Below are positions 40,964-52,336 of a stretch of DNA of 64,000 nt, one piece after another. The stretch's first letter is position 1, and every line of letters begins with the position of its first letter. Both the position numbers and the translations under genes were made by a program. The notes beneath the pieces are model-generated. The model had not been told where the DNA came from. It saw only the letters and a program-made list of their open reading frames with translations, and ran no database searches. The stretch is from a phage: the sequence record PQ724394.1; one strand, given 5' to 3'.

Positions 40964-41617
40964 TTAAAACTTACAAGATTTGATAGTTTCAATGAACAAT
41001 TTACGAGCTTCTAAATTATCGATTATAAGAATTTTCTTATAAGCATTTAATTTAGTCGAATACTTAGACCACACTAAATCGTTGGTCTGTTCATCATGTT
41101 TATTTATTATATCCATAAATGAATCAAGCAAAATAAACGTTTCGAACGAAATAACATTCGATTGAAGGAGCTTAAAAATATAGCTCGAGTTAACTTTTTT
41201 ATTATACTCAAAAATTTCAGAAAGCGCTTGAACTTCCACTTTCTTACTGAAATAATAGATGTTTTTGATATCATCCTCAAAAACTTGTTTTATTCTTTTA
41301 AGTCTACCGATATATTCCCGGTAAAAGACTAAGGCGTCAGCATCACTGATGTCGCCAATCCATGCGTCTTGGTTAGCCACCAAGTTACTCATGAAGATAA
41401 GAGCAAGCTCTTTCAAAGTGTATTTATCACTCAATTTCTCGAAGAAATATTTGTCACGACGTTTTTGGTAAGCCGTATCAGAGATTCGCATGACCCAGTT
41501 ATATTTTATAACGTCGTATTTGGCGTTGAAGTGATGTTTGAGCATTAAGTATAGTGAATATACGCTCTTACCATTCACCATACGATTATTGTTTGGTGGC
41601 ATGCGAATCTTAATCAT
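40964..41617 (-). CDS. 59: Helicase loader gp59
   Basis: 217 aa, near-identical to T4 gp59 (MIKIRMP…YNWVMRISDTAYQKRRDKYFF…). Confidence 0.9.
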   Translation of the reverse strand: MIKIRMPPNNNRMVNGKSVYSLYLMLKHHFNAKYDVIKYNWVMRISDTAYQKRRDKYFFEKLSDKYTLKELALIFMSNLVANQDAWIGDISDADALVFYREYIGRLKRIKQVFEDDIKNIYYFSKKVEVQALSEIFEYNKKVNSSYIFKLLQSNVISFETFILLDSFMDIINKHDEQTNDLVWSKYSTKLNAYKKILIIDNLEARKLFIETIKSCKF

Positions 41618-41916
41618 AACAAGAAATCCAGGGTATTAGTTTTTTGCGTTCGTGCCATTGAAGGACGAAGCAAGTTATCATCAATGGCCTCGTTCATAAT
41701 TTTATCAATAATTCCTGCAGGCAAATAACGAGCAAAGTTACCTTCAGGGATGCTGTTCTCTTCCAACCATGCGGTAGCCGCTTCGAGGTAACTACAACCT
41801 TCAGCCTCAACAAAGGCCTCAATATCAAGGCCATTCTGTTGTTTATTTACCAATACATGGACAGGTTCAGAAGCGGTATTAACCGCTCCATCAAAATCAT
41901 TCAAAGATTGTGTCAT
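41614..41916 (-). CDS. 33: Putative late transcription co-activator gp33 (positional)
   Basis: 100 aa acidic protein with hydrophobic C-terminus (TNTLDFLL), between dsbA and 59 as in T4. Confidence 0.5.
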   Translation of the reverse strand: MTQSLNDFDGAVNTASEPVHVLVNKQQNGLDIEAFVEAEGCSYLEAATAWLEENSIPEGNFARYLPAGIIDKIMNEAIDDNLLRPSMARTQKTNTLDFLL

Positions 41917-42175
41917 ACAGTTCTACCACTTCAGTTTTTTCGTCTTCGAAACGTTCACGGGTGCCTTTATGATACAGGGAGAACAGCTGGTTAAACATTT
42001 TACCGTCTACACCAAGTTCAGTCTTAGCACGGTCTTTGATATCTTTAATTTCGTCACCATATGCTTCCATTTTTAATTTGGTATCGGAAGCAGTTTTAAT
42101 CAACTGGGCCAGGGTATTACCATGTTCTTCTTGATTGAATTCAACTTTCACTTTTTCTTTAGCCATTATATTCAC
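41897..42175 (-). CDS. dsbA: Putative dsDNA-binding late transcription enhancer DsbA (positional)
   Basis: 92 aa, between rnh and 33 as in T4. Confidence 0.5.
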   Translation of the reverse strand: MNIMAKEKVKVEFNQEEHGNTLAQLIKTASDTKLKMEAYGDEIKDIKDRAKTELGVDGKMFNQLFSLYHKGTRERFEDEKTEVVELYDTIFE

Positions 42176-42176
42176 C

Positions 42177-43124
42177 TTAATAAAAATCAGCTACTGTAGC
42201 AGTTAGTTTAGACAAACCTGATTTAACGAAATAAGGATAAACTTTAGATTTCGAAGGTTTGTTATACGTATTATATCTTTCAGTAATTAAAGCAACAATA
42301 TCATCTGGAATAAAGTCCATATCAATTAAGATTTGGTTTTCACAGAAACGTTCATATTGTTCCTCAGTAAGAAGTGTTTTAATTATATCATGGTCATAAT
42401 AATTCAGAGCAATTGCTTCAAGTTCCTTAGCACGAGTGCTAGGAGTACGTTCACCTTCAACCATTGTCAACCAATAATCACCACGAACTTTAATACTTGC
42501 AACGTTATCCTTGCGGTCACCTTTAATAACCTTAGTCACACAATCAAGCAGAGCATCACCAGATTTTGTTTTGACGAATTTTTTCTGCATTGGAGACCAT
42601 TGTTTTACGCCAGGGAATTTATGAAGTTGGGTAAAGTCACCATCAGAAGAACCAATCATAACCGGATGGCCTTTAGCTGTAAGGATACGAGTCAATACAG
42701 CAATATGGTCATCAGCCTCGATTGTATCGATATTCATAACAATATAAGGCATGTTTTGTTCAAGCTCATCCACAATAATATGCATTGCAGTGAATAAGCC
42801 TTCCCAATCAAATGGTGATTCGTCACGTGCCTTGGCACGGTTTTTCTTATAATAAGAAGAATAACGACGACGCCAATAACCTGATTTAGAGTTATCAACA
42901 CAAATGATTAGTTGGTTGTAACCTTGTTTTTTAAAGTCTTTAATGTTTTTCTTGATTGAATTCAACACGAGGTGTCGAAGCATTGCTGTGGTTACTTTAG
43001 GAAATCCAGCGTTTTCACCAAATTCTTGGAAGGCTGCCGCCATAATGATTTGGCTGAAATCCAGGAGTAAAAATCCGTCTTTTTGTTGGTCTTCTTCAGG
43101 AAGTAAAAAATCTAAATCGTTCAT
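42177..43124 (-). CDS. rnh: RNase H / 5'-3' exonuclease (FEN family)
   Basis: 315 aa; FEN-like acidic clusters; position upstream of gene 34 as in T4. Confidence 0.8.
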   Translation of the reverse strand: MNDLDFLLPEEDQQKDGFLLLDFSQIIMAAAFQEFGENAGFPKVTTAMLRHLVLNSIKKNIKDFKKQGYNQLIICVDNSKSGYWRRRYSSYYKKNRAKARDESPFDWEGLFTAMHIIVDELEQNMPYIVMNIDTIEADDHIAVLTRILTAKGHPVMIGSSDGDFTQLHKFPGVKQWSPMQKKFVKTKSGDALLDCVTKVIKGDRKDNVASIKVRGDYWLTMVEGERTPSTRAKELEAIALNYYDHDIIKTLLTEEQYERFCENQILIDMDFIPDDIVALITERYNTYNKPSKSKVYPYFVKSGLSKLTATVADFY

Positions 43125-43191
43125 ATGAACCTCTGTCCAATTAGTGTAGAATGTTATTATATCATGGCCCTGGAAGAAGTAAACACTTTGC

Positions 43192-43199
43192 TATAAATA
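43192..43199 (+). promoter_or_regulatory. T4-type late promoter (TATAAATA) for gene 34
   Basis: Exact TATAAATA about 33 nt upstream of the gene 34 ATG. Confidence 0.6.
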
Positions 43200-43231
43200 G
43201 TTCTATACCCTGAAAACGAAAAGGAAATAAA

Positions 43232-46200
43232 ATGGCTGATATTTTAAAACCTGCATTCCGTGCTACATCCGGACTCGATGCTGCGGGCGAGAAAGTTATC
43301 AATGTTGCCAAAGCCGATTACAATGTACTAGATGATGGCGTCAACGTTGAATTCTTTATAGATGAGAACACCATCCAGGCGTACGACGAGACGCGCGGAT
43401 ATAAGAAAGGGTTTGCAGTAATCCATGACCAACGTATTTGGGTTGCTCAACGTGATATCGCTGCACCAGCCGGAACTTTTGTACCTGGTTATTGGACCGC
43501 TACCCGTACTGACCCTAAATGGATTACAGTAGCATCTCCTACGCGCCAGTTGGCTTCCGGTGAATATATTGCGGTGGACTCAGCTGCTAGCTTTACTACA
43601 TTTACTCTGCCTCCTAACCCTACTGATGGTGATACCATTGTAATCAAGGATATCGGCGGCCGTGTAGGTTATAATGAAATCAAGGTTCAATCTAGTTCTG
43701 CTCCAGGCGGTGGTAATCAGAAAATTGTTCGTTTTGGTAACCAGTTCTCTGAAACTCTGATAACCAAACCTTTTTCTTATAACATGCTTATCTTTGCTAA
43801 CCGCCTTTGGCATTTCTGGGAAGCCGGTAACGAAGAACGTGGTATTCGTGTAGAGCCTAACACTGCACAGTTCCAAGCTCAAGCGGGTGATAACGTTTTA
43901 CGTCGTTATACTTCAGGTGCAGTAATTAAATTTACTCTTCCTAAGTATGCGAACCAAGGTGACATGGTTAAAACCGTAGATATCGATGGTCTTGGAAGTA
44001 AGTTCCACTTAATCGTTGAAACCTTTGATGCATCATCTTCATTGGGTAAGCCTGGTCAGCATAGCATGGAATTCCGTACCTCTGGTGATGGGTTCTTTGT
44101 TTATAACTCTGTTGAAAAAGTGTGGTATGTTTGGGACGGCGACCGTCAAACTCGTCTGCGTGTTATTCGTGATGACGTAGAACTTTTGGCTAACGAAAGT
44201 ATTATTGTTTTTGGTCCTAATAACACAACTCCACAAACTATTAATATCACTTTACCTACTAACGTAGCACAAGGCGATACTATTAAAATCGCATTGAACT
44301 ATCTTCGTAAAGCACAGACAGTAAATATTAAGGCTGCTGTAGGTGATAAAATTGCTTCTTCGGTTCAATTGCTTCAGTTCCCTAAACGTTCCGAATATCC
44401 ACCAGATACTGAATGGGTGTTGAATGATGTATTGACCTTTAATGGCAATATAAGTTATACCCCGGTTATTGAACTGAGTTATATCGAAGACACCACTACA
44501 GGTGCTAAATATTGGGTTGTTGCCCAGAACGTTCCTACGGTAGAACGTGTGGATTCTAAGGATGATTTAACTCGTGCTCGTCTTGGTGTTATTGCCCTTG
44601 CGTCTCAGACCCAGGCTAACGTTGACCATGAAAATAATCCTGAAAAAGAACTTGCAATTACTCCTCAGACCTTAGCCAATCGTGTTGCCACTGAAACTCG
44701 TCGTGGTATTGCTCGTATTGCTACAACTGCTCAGGTAAACCAAGACACCACTTTCGCTTTCCAGGATGATTTGATTATTTCTCCTAAGAAATTAAACGAA
44801 CGTACTGCAACCGAAACTCGTCGTGGTGTAGCTGAAATTGCTACGCAACAGGAAACTGATGCTGGTGTTGACGATACCACCATTATTACTCCTAAGAAGC
44901 TACAGACGCGCCAGGGCACTGAAAGTCTTTCAGGTATTGTAAAATATACCTCTACGGTAGATACCACTCCTGCGACTGCTAGGGACACTGTAGGTACTAA
45001 CGTTTATAATAAGAACGTAGGCAATTTGGTTATTTCTCCTAAAGCTTTAGACCAATATAAAGCTACTCAAGCCCAACAAGGTACGGTATATCTTTCTACC
45101 CAATCAGAAGTTAATACTGGACAATCTGCTAGTGGATTTGCTAACAGTGCGGTTTCTCCTGAAACGTTGCATGCTCGTGTGGCTCTTGATACTCGTACAG
45201 GGTTAATTGAAATTGCTACGCAACAGGAAACTGATACTGGAACTGATTATACTCGTGCGGTAACGCCTAAGACGTTAAATGATAGGAAAGCTACGGAAGG
45301 ATTGACTGGTATTGCTAGAATTGCAACCCAGGTAGAATTTGATGCAGGCACGTTAGATAATGTTATTTCAACTCCGTTGAAAATTAAAACAAGACTTAAT
45401 GATACTGCTAGAACTTCTGTCTCAGCAGCCAGCGGTTTGATTGAATCAGGAACCTTATGGAACCATTATACACTAGATATTAGAGAAGCAAATGAGACTC
45501 AACGTGGTACCGCTCGTCTGGCTACCCAGACCGAAGTCAATGTTGGCACTGATGACAAAACCATCATCACTCCTTTGAAATTACACTCTAAAAAATCTAC
45601 TGAAAGTTCTGAAGGTATTATTCGTGTTGCAACGAATACCGAAACCACTGCAGGAACTTCTAAAGTTCTGGCTGTAAGCCCTTCTGGTTTAAAATATGTA
45701 GTACAGTCCGAAACCACTTGGGAAGCTACTGCACTTCGTCGTGGATTTGTTAAATTGACCGAAGGTGCTTTGACTTACTCAGGAAATAAAGTTACCGGTT
45801 CCGGTGTTAAATTTAACTCAGGTACAGGCCTTTATGAGAATGACGATACTGTTCTGAATGCGGCCAACTATCCTAAAACAGGTTATGCGGTTTCATCTTA
45901 TGAGATGAATAAAACTTTGCAGAACTTTTTACCTATAAATGCTACGGCTGTGAACTCTGAGAAATTGGATGGTCTGGATTCACTTCAGTTCATTCGTAGA
46001 GACGTCGACCAAACGGTTAATGGTTCTTTAACCCTGACCAAACAATTGAACCTGGCAGCCCCTCTGGTGTCTTCTAGTACTGCTACATTTACGGATGTTA
46101 CAGCTACTAATTCTACCTTTGGTACAGTGAATGTTGTTAACGGAACCAATAAATGGAAAATAACATCTCCATCTACTGGAACTACATTAACGATTGGCGA

Positions 46201-47200
46201 TACTACTAACGTATTGACATTAAACACTGCTACGGGTAATGTTGCTGCACTTAACAACCTTAGCGCTGGTAATGATGTTCAAGCCAAAAATAACTTTGTG
46301 TTAAATGGAAGAACTATCGCAACCACCACCGGTGAAGCTTCTGGTGCTACATTGTCTTTAGGCGATAATTCTCAGAACTTGGTACTTAAAACATTAGATG
46401 CAGGAAATATCGTAGCTAATGGTGGCGGTGCATTTAAAGTTCTTACCGAGAAAAACGCAGTAGAAATTGTAGACAGAAACTTTGTTAACCAAGCCGGTGA
46501 TACAATGTCCGGTGTACTCCGTGTGAATGCTCCGGTTCGTGTATTTGGTACTAAGCCTACATTAGCTTCTCAGGTTCCTACGGCAGAGACAGTTGGCTTC
46601 TGGTCTGTTGATATCAATGACGAGGCCACTTATAGTAAGTTCCCTGGTTATTGGACTATGAAGACCAAACGACAAGTTAATATTGACACGGTCCAAACTA
46701 AACCTGCTGGTGTTTCTGATGAGGTATGGAATGCTTCCGGTTGGTTAACAGAAACCGGTGCATTTAGTTCTCCGGCTATTCGTTATCGTAACGAAGACGG
46801 TAGTTTTGGTGATGAAGTTCTTGGTACGTCTGGTCAGAAATTACGTGGTGCTTGGTTTGATTATTCTGTTCGTGATAAGGAAGTTAAATATCCTGGTACA
46901 TTAACTCAGTTTGGCAATACGTTAGATTCATGTTATCAGGATTGGGTGTGCTATCCTACAGGACTGAATGGTGGTACTATTCGTTATACACGTACCTGGC
47001 AGAAGAATAAAAACGCATGGACCACGTTCTCTATGGTCTATACAGCAGATAACCCTCCTTCTGCGGAAGATGTTGGTGCACTGCCGGCAGATAACGCCAC
47101 AATGGGTAACATTACAATCCTCGATTGGTTGCGTATTGGTAACGTTCGCATTATTCCTGACCCAGTCACTAAATCCGTTAAGTTTGAGTGGATTGAATAA
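43232..47200 (+). CDS. 34: Long tail fibre proximal subunit gp34
   Basis: 1322 aa; repeated ETRRG(I/V)A(R/E)IAT motifs; T4 order. Confidence 0.85.
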   Translation: MADILKPAFRATSGLDAAGEKVINVAKADYNVLDDGVNVEFFIDENTIQAYDETRGYKKGFAVIHDQRIWVAQRDIAAPAGTFVPGYWTATRTDPKWITVASPTRQLASGEYIAVDSAASFTTFTLPPNPTDGDTIVIKDIGGRVGYNEIKVQSSSAPGGGNQKIVRFGNQFSETLITKPFSYNMLIFANRLWHFWEAGNEERGIRVEPNTAQFQAQAGDNVLRRYTSGAVIKFTLPKYANQGDMVKTVDIDGLGSKFHLIVETFDASSSLGKPGQHSMEFRTSGDGFFVYNSVEKVWYVWDGDRQTRLRVIRDDVELLANESIIVFGPNNTTPQTINITLPTNVAQGDTIKIALNYLRKAQTVNIKAAVGDKIASSVQLLQFPKRSEYPPDTEWVLNDVLTFNGNISYTPVIELSYIEDTTTGAKYWVVAQNVPTVERVDSKDDLTRARLGVIALASQTQANVDHENNPEKELAITPQTLANRVATETRRGIARIATTAQVNQDTTFAFQDDLIISPKKLNERTATETRRGVAEIATQQETDAGVDDTTIITPKKLQTRQGTESLSGIVKYTSTVDTTPATARDTVGTNVYNKNVGNLVISPKALDQYKATQAQQGTVYLSTQSEVNTGQSASGFANSAVSPETLHARVALDTRTGLIEIATQQETDTGTDYTRAVTPKTLNDRKATEGLTGIARIATQVEFDAGTLDNVISTPLKIKTRLNDTARTSVSAASGLIESGTLWNHYTLDIREANETQRGTARLATQTEVNVGTDDKTIITPLKLHSKKSTESSEGIIRVATNTETTAGTSKVLAVSPSGLKYVVQSETTWEATALRRGFVKLTEGALTYSGNKVTGSGVKFNSGTGLYENDDTVLNAANYPKTGYAVSSYEMNKTLQNFLPINATAVNSEKLDGLDSLQFIRRDVDQTVNGSLTLTKQLNLAAPLVSSSTATFTDVTATNSTFGTVNVVNGTNKWKITSPSTGTTLTIGDTTNVLTLNTATGNVAALNNLSAGNDVQAKNNFVLNGRTIATTTGEASGATLSLGDNSQNLVLKTLDAGNIVANGGGAFKVLTEKNAVEIVDRNFVNQAGDTMSGVLRVNAPVRVFGTKPTLASQVPTAETVGFWSVDINDEATYSKFPGYWTMKTKRQVNIDTVQTKPAGVSDEVWNASGWLTETGAFSSPAIRYRNEDGSFGDEVLGTSGQKLRGAWFDYSVRDKEVKYPGTLTQFGNTLDSCYQDWVCYPTGLNGGTIRYTRTWQKNKNAWTTFSMVYTADNPPSAEDVGALPADNATMGNITILDWLRIGNVRIIPDPVTKSVKFEWIE

Positions 47201-47208
47201 GAGGTATT

Positions 47209-48330
47209 ATGGAAAGATTTATGGCAGAATTTGGACAAGGATATGTCCAGGTTCCTACATTATCTGAAAACAATGCTGTAAGATATAAACTTAGTATAGC
47301 TGGTAGTTGTACTAAGTCTACCACAAAAGCATATGTTAAATTTCAAGATGGGGACTTCGGTCCCCAGAATTTTCAAAATGGACTAAACCTTATAGAAATT
47401 GATGTTAGTGCCGAACCTAAAGTGGTGGCTAACAAAACTTATAGCTTTACAAAAGATTTTGATGTTATCTCTGAAGCTTTTATTACTTACATAAGTTCAA
47501 TACCGGCCAATAGAATAGTTTGTTTAGTATCTTCCGGTAGATTAAATGCTTCACAAAATCTTATTGATTGGTTCCGTGCAGCAGGAAGTACCGCATTTCC
47601 ATCTAAATGGCTAATAGACCGCTTCGAGCCGTCTTATTCGGCCTTTTACGTGTCTGGTAGAAATACTATAGTGATGGAACACGTCCTTTATAATGATGGG
47701 GTGTTTGTTGAAGATGTTTCTACACCATTAGAAGTCGTTTTTGACGATATCAGTGATGTAGGCGGGACCGGGTATCCTATAAGAATAGTGGAAGATGAAA
47801 ACACTTATCTAAGTAATGGTGGAGAGGAAATAAAACGTTTCCCTACTGAATCTCCTACTACTCCTTGTGCCGATTATAACATGAAGCCAGGAGAATTCTT
47901 TTATCTTAAATTCCAAATGATGTGTGACCAGGAATTAAAAGATTTAGGGACTTCTCAAATGTCTGTTAGATTTTTTGATGCCTCAGGTGCTTTAACAGGG
48001 TCGGTTAATATGGAAGTTCCGCCTAATGTCCCTGCCGGGTCTTGGATGACTTTTGAGCGGGTAATTGAAGTTCCTGCTAATACGGAAACATTTACATTGT
48101 ATGCAAGAAAAACAGTGGCCGATGGAGTCGGTGGTGTACGTAATGTGATGTTTGGGGAAGTATCAGAGCCAGAATCTCAACCTAAATCGGCTGAATTTGG
48201 TGTAAACGGTATCCGTATGAATTTCGGTACTGAAACTAAGAATATGGGTACTACCATAGCCCAGTTATACGATAAAACAGGTACTAAACCAGGTCAGGTT
48301 TGGGTGTCTGAATTTAGAGAAAAATATTAA
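47209..48330 (+). CDS. 35: Long tail fibre hinge connector gp35
   Basis: 373 aa (T4 372), T4 order. Confidence 0.7.
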   Translation: MERFMAEFGQGYVQVPTLSENNAVRYKLSIAGSCTKSTTKAYVKFQDGDFGPQNFQNGLNLIEIDVSAEPKVVANKTYSFTKDFDVISEAFITYISSIPANRIVCLVSSGRLNASQNLIDWFRAAGSTAFPSKWLIDRFEPSYSAFYVSGRNTIVMEHVLYNDGVFVEDVSTPLEVVFDDISDVGGTGYPIRIVEDENTYLSNGGEEIKRFPTESPTTPCADYNMKPGEFFYLKFQMMCDQELKDLGTSQMSVRFFDASGALTGSVNMEVPPNVPAGSWMTFERVIEVPANTETFTLYARKTVADGVGGVRNVMFGEVSEPESQPKSAEFGVNGIRMNFGTETKNMGTTIAQLYDKTGTKPGQVWVSEFREKY

Positions 48331-48358
48331 GGAACCTTCGGGTTCCTTTTTCGTTTTC
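48331..48358 (+). terminator. Rho-independent terminator after gene 35 (cUUCGg hairpin plus U-run)
   Basis: ggaacc-ttcg-ggttcc followed by tttttcgtttt. Confidence 0.75.
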
Positions 48359-48405
48359 TACGGCCATAAATATATAAAAGGCTATAACTCCCAAAGGAAA
48401 CTCAA

Positions 48406-49053
48406 ATGGCAGATTTAAAATTAGGTTCTACAGCAGGAGGTTCGGTATTATGGCACCAAGGTAATTTTCCTTTAACGCCTGTATCAAATGACCTTCTTTA
48501 CAAAACGTATAAAGTTTACACCGAGTATAATAAACCTCAAGCAGTTGATAACGATTTCGTTTCAAAAGCTAACGGTGGTAATTATCAGAACAACGTGTAT
48601 TTTGAAAAAGGTTTGACCTTTAATGATACTAATGGATACGGTATTAAATTAGGAGCAAGAACTGGCGGAGCCCCGTTCACAGCTTCTTTCCGTATTAAAG
48701 GTGCTTTTGGGTATGAAACGGAAGATGGTACTCCGTTTGTGATATTTGACCCAAATACAACAGTTGGTGCTAAACGTCTTACCGTAATGGGTGATTCATT
48801 ATTCCGTCAAGTATATGATGAATCAGGACGCGTATTCAGCCCAGGCAACACCCCTACTAAAGCTCAAGTTGGATTGCCATTAGTAGATAACGCAAAACAG
48901 GTCCAAATAAATAATACTAATATGCAAACAATGACTGGGGTACTTGCGGCTCCTAACTTCATTTCATTAAATCCGGCCTCTGACGCAGGACATGTTCCGC
49001 GTTTTGACCAGATTGTTCAAAAAGATTCTATCCAAGATTTTGGTTATTATTAA
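48406..49053 (+). CDS. 36: Long tail fibre distal connector gp36
   Basis: 215 aa (T4 221), T4 order. Confidence 0.7.
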   Translation: MADLKLGSTAGGSVLWHQGNFPLTPVSNDLLYKTYKVYTEYNKPQAVDNDFVSKANGGNYQNNVYFEKGLTFNDTNGYGIKLGARTGGAPFTASFRIKGAFGYETEDGTPFVIFDPNTTVGAKRLTVMGDSLFRQVYDESGRVFSPGNTPTKAQVGLPLVDNAKQVQINNTNMQTMTGVLAAPNFISLNPASDAGHVPRFDQIVQKDSIQDFGYY

Positions 49054-49061
49054 GAGGCATT

Positions 49062-52000
49062 ATGGCTACTTTAAAACAGATACAATTTAAAAGAAGTAAA
49101 GTAGCTGGTGTACGTCCTACGCCAGCGCAGTTGGCTGAAGGCGAGCTGGCTATTAACTTAAAAGACCGTTTGTTATTTACTAAAGATGATACTGGAGCGA
49201 TTATCGACCTTGGCTTTGCTAAAGGTGGTAATATTGACGGTAACGTTGTTCATAAAGGAAATTATAATCAAACTGGGGATTACACCCTAAATGGTACCTT
49301 TACCCAAACCGGCGATTTTAATTTAACCGGTATTGCTCGTGTAACTCGTGATATTATTGCCGCAGGTCAGATAATGACCCATGGTGGGGAACTTATTTCC
49401 AAGAGCGCCTCAACTTCTCACCTTCGATTCTTTGATGGCAGTGACCGTGAACGTGGTATTATCTTTTCTCCTAATAATGCAGGAGCAACCAACCAAGTAG
49501 TTAATATTCGCGTACAAGATTATTCTACCGCAGGCGAAAGCACTTATGCATTTTCAGGCAATGGTTTGTTCACTTCACCTGAAGTATCAGCATGGAAATC
49601 TATTTCGTCTCCACAAATTCTGACCGATAAAGTTATTACAAACGGGAAGAAGACCGGCGATTATGATATCTATTCATTGGCCGATAATACCCCATTGGCA
49701 GAAAGTGAAACAGCTATTAACCATCTCCGTGTTATGCGAAATGCTGTAGGCGCGGGTATATTTCACGAAGTTAAAGATAATGACGGAATAACCTGGTATG
49801 CCGGCGACGGCTTAGAAGCTTATCTTTGGTCATTTACCTGGTCCGGTGGATTGAAAGCAGGCCATTCTATTTCCGTAGGCACCCCAGGTAACTCTAAAGG
49901 ATATTCTGAATTAGGAAATGCTTCAATTGCTCTTGGCGATAATGACACCGGGCTAAAATGGCATCAGGATGGATATTATTTCAGCGTTAATAACGGCACA
50001 AGAACTTTCCTGTACGGCCCAGCAGAAACCACCAGTCTTAGAAAAATGGTTATGGGGTATTCTGTAAACGGTACCGATTTAACCACTCCTCCGGCGGAAA
50101 ACTATGCTTTGGCTACTGTTGTCACTTATCATGATAATAACGCATATGGCGATGGCCAAACTCTTTTAGGTTATTACCAAGGCGGCAATTATCACCACTA
50201 TTTCCGTGGTAAAGGTACTACAAACGTTAACACTGCTGGCGGTTTGTTAGTGACTCCTGGTAATATTGATGTTGTTGGTGGTTCTGTTAATATCGATGGT
50301 AGAAATAATGCTTCTACGCTGATGTTTAGAGGTAACACAACTGGTAGTAGTTCAGTTGATAATATGACAATTTCTGTATGGGGTAATACGTTTACTAATC
50401 CTAGTGTAGGTAATCGTAAAAACGTTATGGAAATTTCTGACGCAACTAGTTGGATGAGTTATATTCAAAGACTTACTACTGGTGAAGTAGAAATGAACGT
50501 CAATGGTTCATTTGAATCATCCGGTGTTACTGCTGGAAATAGAGGAGTTCACACAACAGGCGAAATTTCGTCTGGAGCAGTAAATGCGCTTCGCATTTGG
50601 AATGCAGATTATGGAGCCATTTTTAGACGTTCAGAAGGCAGTCTTCATATTATTCCAACTGCTTACGGTGAAGGTAAAAATGGTGATATCGGACCACTTC
50701 GTCCATTTAGTTTGGCTTTAGATACCGGTAAGGTTGTTATTCCTGACCTAGATTTGAGTTATGCTTCTTTTGCAGCAAACGGTTATATTAAATTCGGTGG
50801 ACATGGTGCAGGTGCAGGCGGTTACGATATTCAATATGCACAAGCAGCTCCTGTTTTCCAAGAAATTGATGATGACGCGGTAAGTAAATATTATCCTATT
50901 GTTAAGCAGAAATTCTTACAAGGAAAAGCTGTTTGGTCTTTAGGTACTGAAATTAATTCCGGGACTTTTGTTTTACACCATCTTAAAGAAGACGGGACTG
51001 AAGGTCATACCTCAAGATTTAATGCTGATGGTACAGTTAACTTCCCTGATAACGTGCAGGTTGGTGGCGGTGAAGCTACTATTGCTCGAAACGGTAATAT
51101 CTGGTCTGATATTTGGAAAACGTTTACTTCAGCAGGCGATGTAACTAATATTCGCGATGCCATTGCTACTCGTGTTTCTAAAGAAGGCGACACGATGACC
51201 GGCCGTTTAACCATCAATGCAAACTCGGATGCTATTGTTATTAACAGTGCTGAAACCCAATCTGGTTATGTGAAAGGACAAAAAGCTGGTGTTGATAACT
51301 GGTATATAGGCAATGGCGGCGCTGATAATGCCCTATCGTTTTATAGTTTCCAAACTAATTCAGGCGTTAATATTCATAATACCGGGGAAATTTCTTTAGC
51401 CCCCCAAGGGTCGGATACTTTTTATTTTAATAGGGACCGTCTTTATATAAAGGGTTCACAATGGGCTGCACATCAGGCTGGCGATTGGGGAAACCAATGG
51501 AAGCAAGAAGCCCCTGTGTTTGTAGATTTTGGTAATGTTGGTAATGATAGTTATTATCCGATTATCAAAGGAAAATCTGGTATTACTAACGAAGGATACG
51601 TATCCGGTGTAGATTTTGGTATGCGCCGCATCACTAATACATGGGCGCAAGGTATTATTCGTGTAGGTAACCAGGAAAACGGTTCCGACCCGCAAGCTAT
51701 CTATGAATTCCACTCTAATGGTACTTTTTATGCTCCGAGCTTACTTAAGAGCAACAGAGTATCGGCCGGCGGTGGAGACCCTGTATGGGGTGGGCCGTGT
51801 ATTGTTATCGGCGATAACGACACCGGATTGGTGTGGGAAGCGGACGGTATTTTCAACGCATATGCAAACGGTCAAGGGGTGTTTAGTTTTAGAGCCGGAC
51901 TTGCCCAGACATTTGGTAACGTTAACTTACACTGTAATGCGGGTATGTATGTTCGTGATAACATCGATGTTAACGACGTTTATATTCGTTCTGATATTCG

Positions 52001-52307
52001 TTGTAAGTCGGAAATTAAGCTTATAGAGAATGCCCAAGAGAAATCTAAACTCTTAGGTGGTTATACTTATCTGCTTAAAAACTCTGTCACAGATGAAGTT
52101 AAACCATCTGCAGGTTTAATTGCTCAGGAAGTTCAAGAAGTATTGCCTGAACTTGTGACTGAAGATAAAGAGACCGGCTTACTTCGTTTAAACTATAACG
52201 GTATTATCGGTTTAAATACTGCTACTATCAACGAGCATACTGATGAAATCAAGGAATTGAAATCTGAAATTGCTGAGTTGAAAGCATTAATTAAATCATT
52301 ATTATAA
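49062..52307 (+). CDS. 37: Long tail fibre distal subunit gp37 with C-terminal intramolecular chaperone (S74-like) domain
   Basis: 1081 aa; C-terminal about 105 aa (from ~51990) carry [10 protein letters not shown] and [15 protein letters not shown] signatures of autoproteolytic chaperone domains. Confidence 0.8.
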   Translation: MATLKQIQFKRSKVAGVRPTPAQLAEGELAINLKDRLLFTKDDTGAIIDLGFAKGGNIDGNVVHKGNYNQTGDYTLNGTFTQTGDFNLTGIARVTRDIIAAGQIMTHGGELISKSASTSHLRFFDGSDRERGIIFSPNNAGATNQVVNIRVQDYSTAGESTYAFSGNGLFTSPEVSAWKSISSPQILTDKVITNGKKTGDYDIYSLADNTPLAESETAINHLRVMRNAVGAGIFHEVKDNDGITWYAGDGLEAYLWSFTWSGGLKAGHSISVGTPGNSKGYSELGNASIALGDNDTGLKWHQDGYYFSVNNGTRTFLYGPAETTSLRKMVMGYSVNGTDLTTPPAENYALATVVTYHDNNAYGDGQTLLGYYQGGNYHHYFRGKGTTNVNTAGGLLVTPGNIDVVGGSVNIDGRNNASTLMFRGNTTGSSSVDNMTISVWGNTFTNPSVGNRKNVMEISDATSWMSYIQRLTTGEVEMNVNGSFESSGVTAGNRGVHTTGEISSGAVNALRIWNADYGAIFRRSEGSLHIIPTAYGEGKNGDIGPLRPFSLALDTGKVVIPDLDLSYASFAANGYIKFGGHGAGAGGYDIQYAQAAPVFQEIDDDAVSKYYPIVKQKFLQGKAVWSLGTEINSGTFVLHHLKEDGTEGHTSRFNADGTVNFPDNVQVGGGEATIARNGNIWSDIWKTFTSAGDVTNIRDAIATRVSKEGDTMTGRLTINANSDAIVINSAETQSGYVKGQKAGVDNWYIGNGGADNALSFYSFQTNSGVNIHNTGEISLAPQGSDTFYFNRDRLYIKGSQWAAHQAGDWGNQWKQEAPVFVDFGNVGNDSYYPIIKGKSGITNEGYVSGVDFGMRRITNTWAQGIIRVGNQENGSDPQAIYEFHSNGTFYAPSLLKSNRVSAGGGDPVWGGPCIVIGDNDTGLVWEADGIFNAYANGQGVFSFRAGLAQTFGNVNLHCNAGMYVRDNIDVNDVYIRSDIRCKSEIKLIENAQEKSKLLGGYTYLLKNSVTDEVKPSAGLIAQEVQEVLPELVTEDKETGLLRLNYNGIIGLNTATINEHTDEIKELKSEIAELKALIKSLL

Positions 52308-52311
52308 GAAA

Positions 52312-52325
52312 GGGCCTTCGGGCCC
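52312..52325 (+). promoter_or_regulatory. cUUCGg hairpin between genes 37 and 38
   Basis: gggcc-ttcg-ggccc immediately before the gene 38 RBS (ggagg). Confidence 0.45.
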
Positions 52326-52336
52326 TGGAGGTTTTT

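Noticed and set aside
42333-42797. 154-aa ORF on the plus strand
   Set aside because: Antisense to rnh; chance ORF
48365-48379. Possible late promoter before gene 36 (CATAAATATATAAAA)
   Set aside because: Not an exact TATAAATA and gene 36 may simply be co-transcribed; too weak to call
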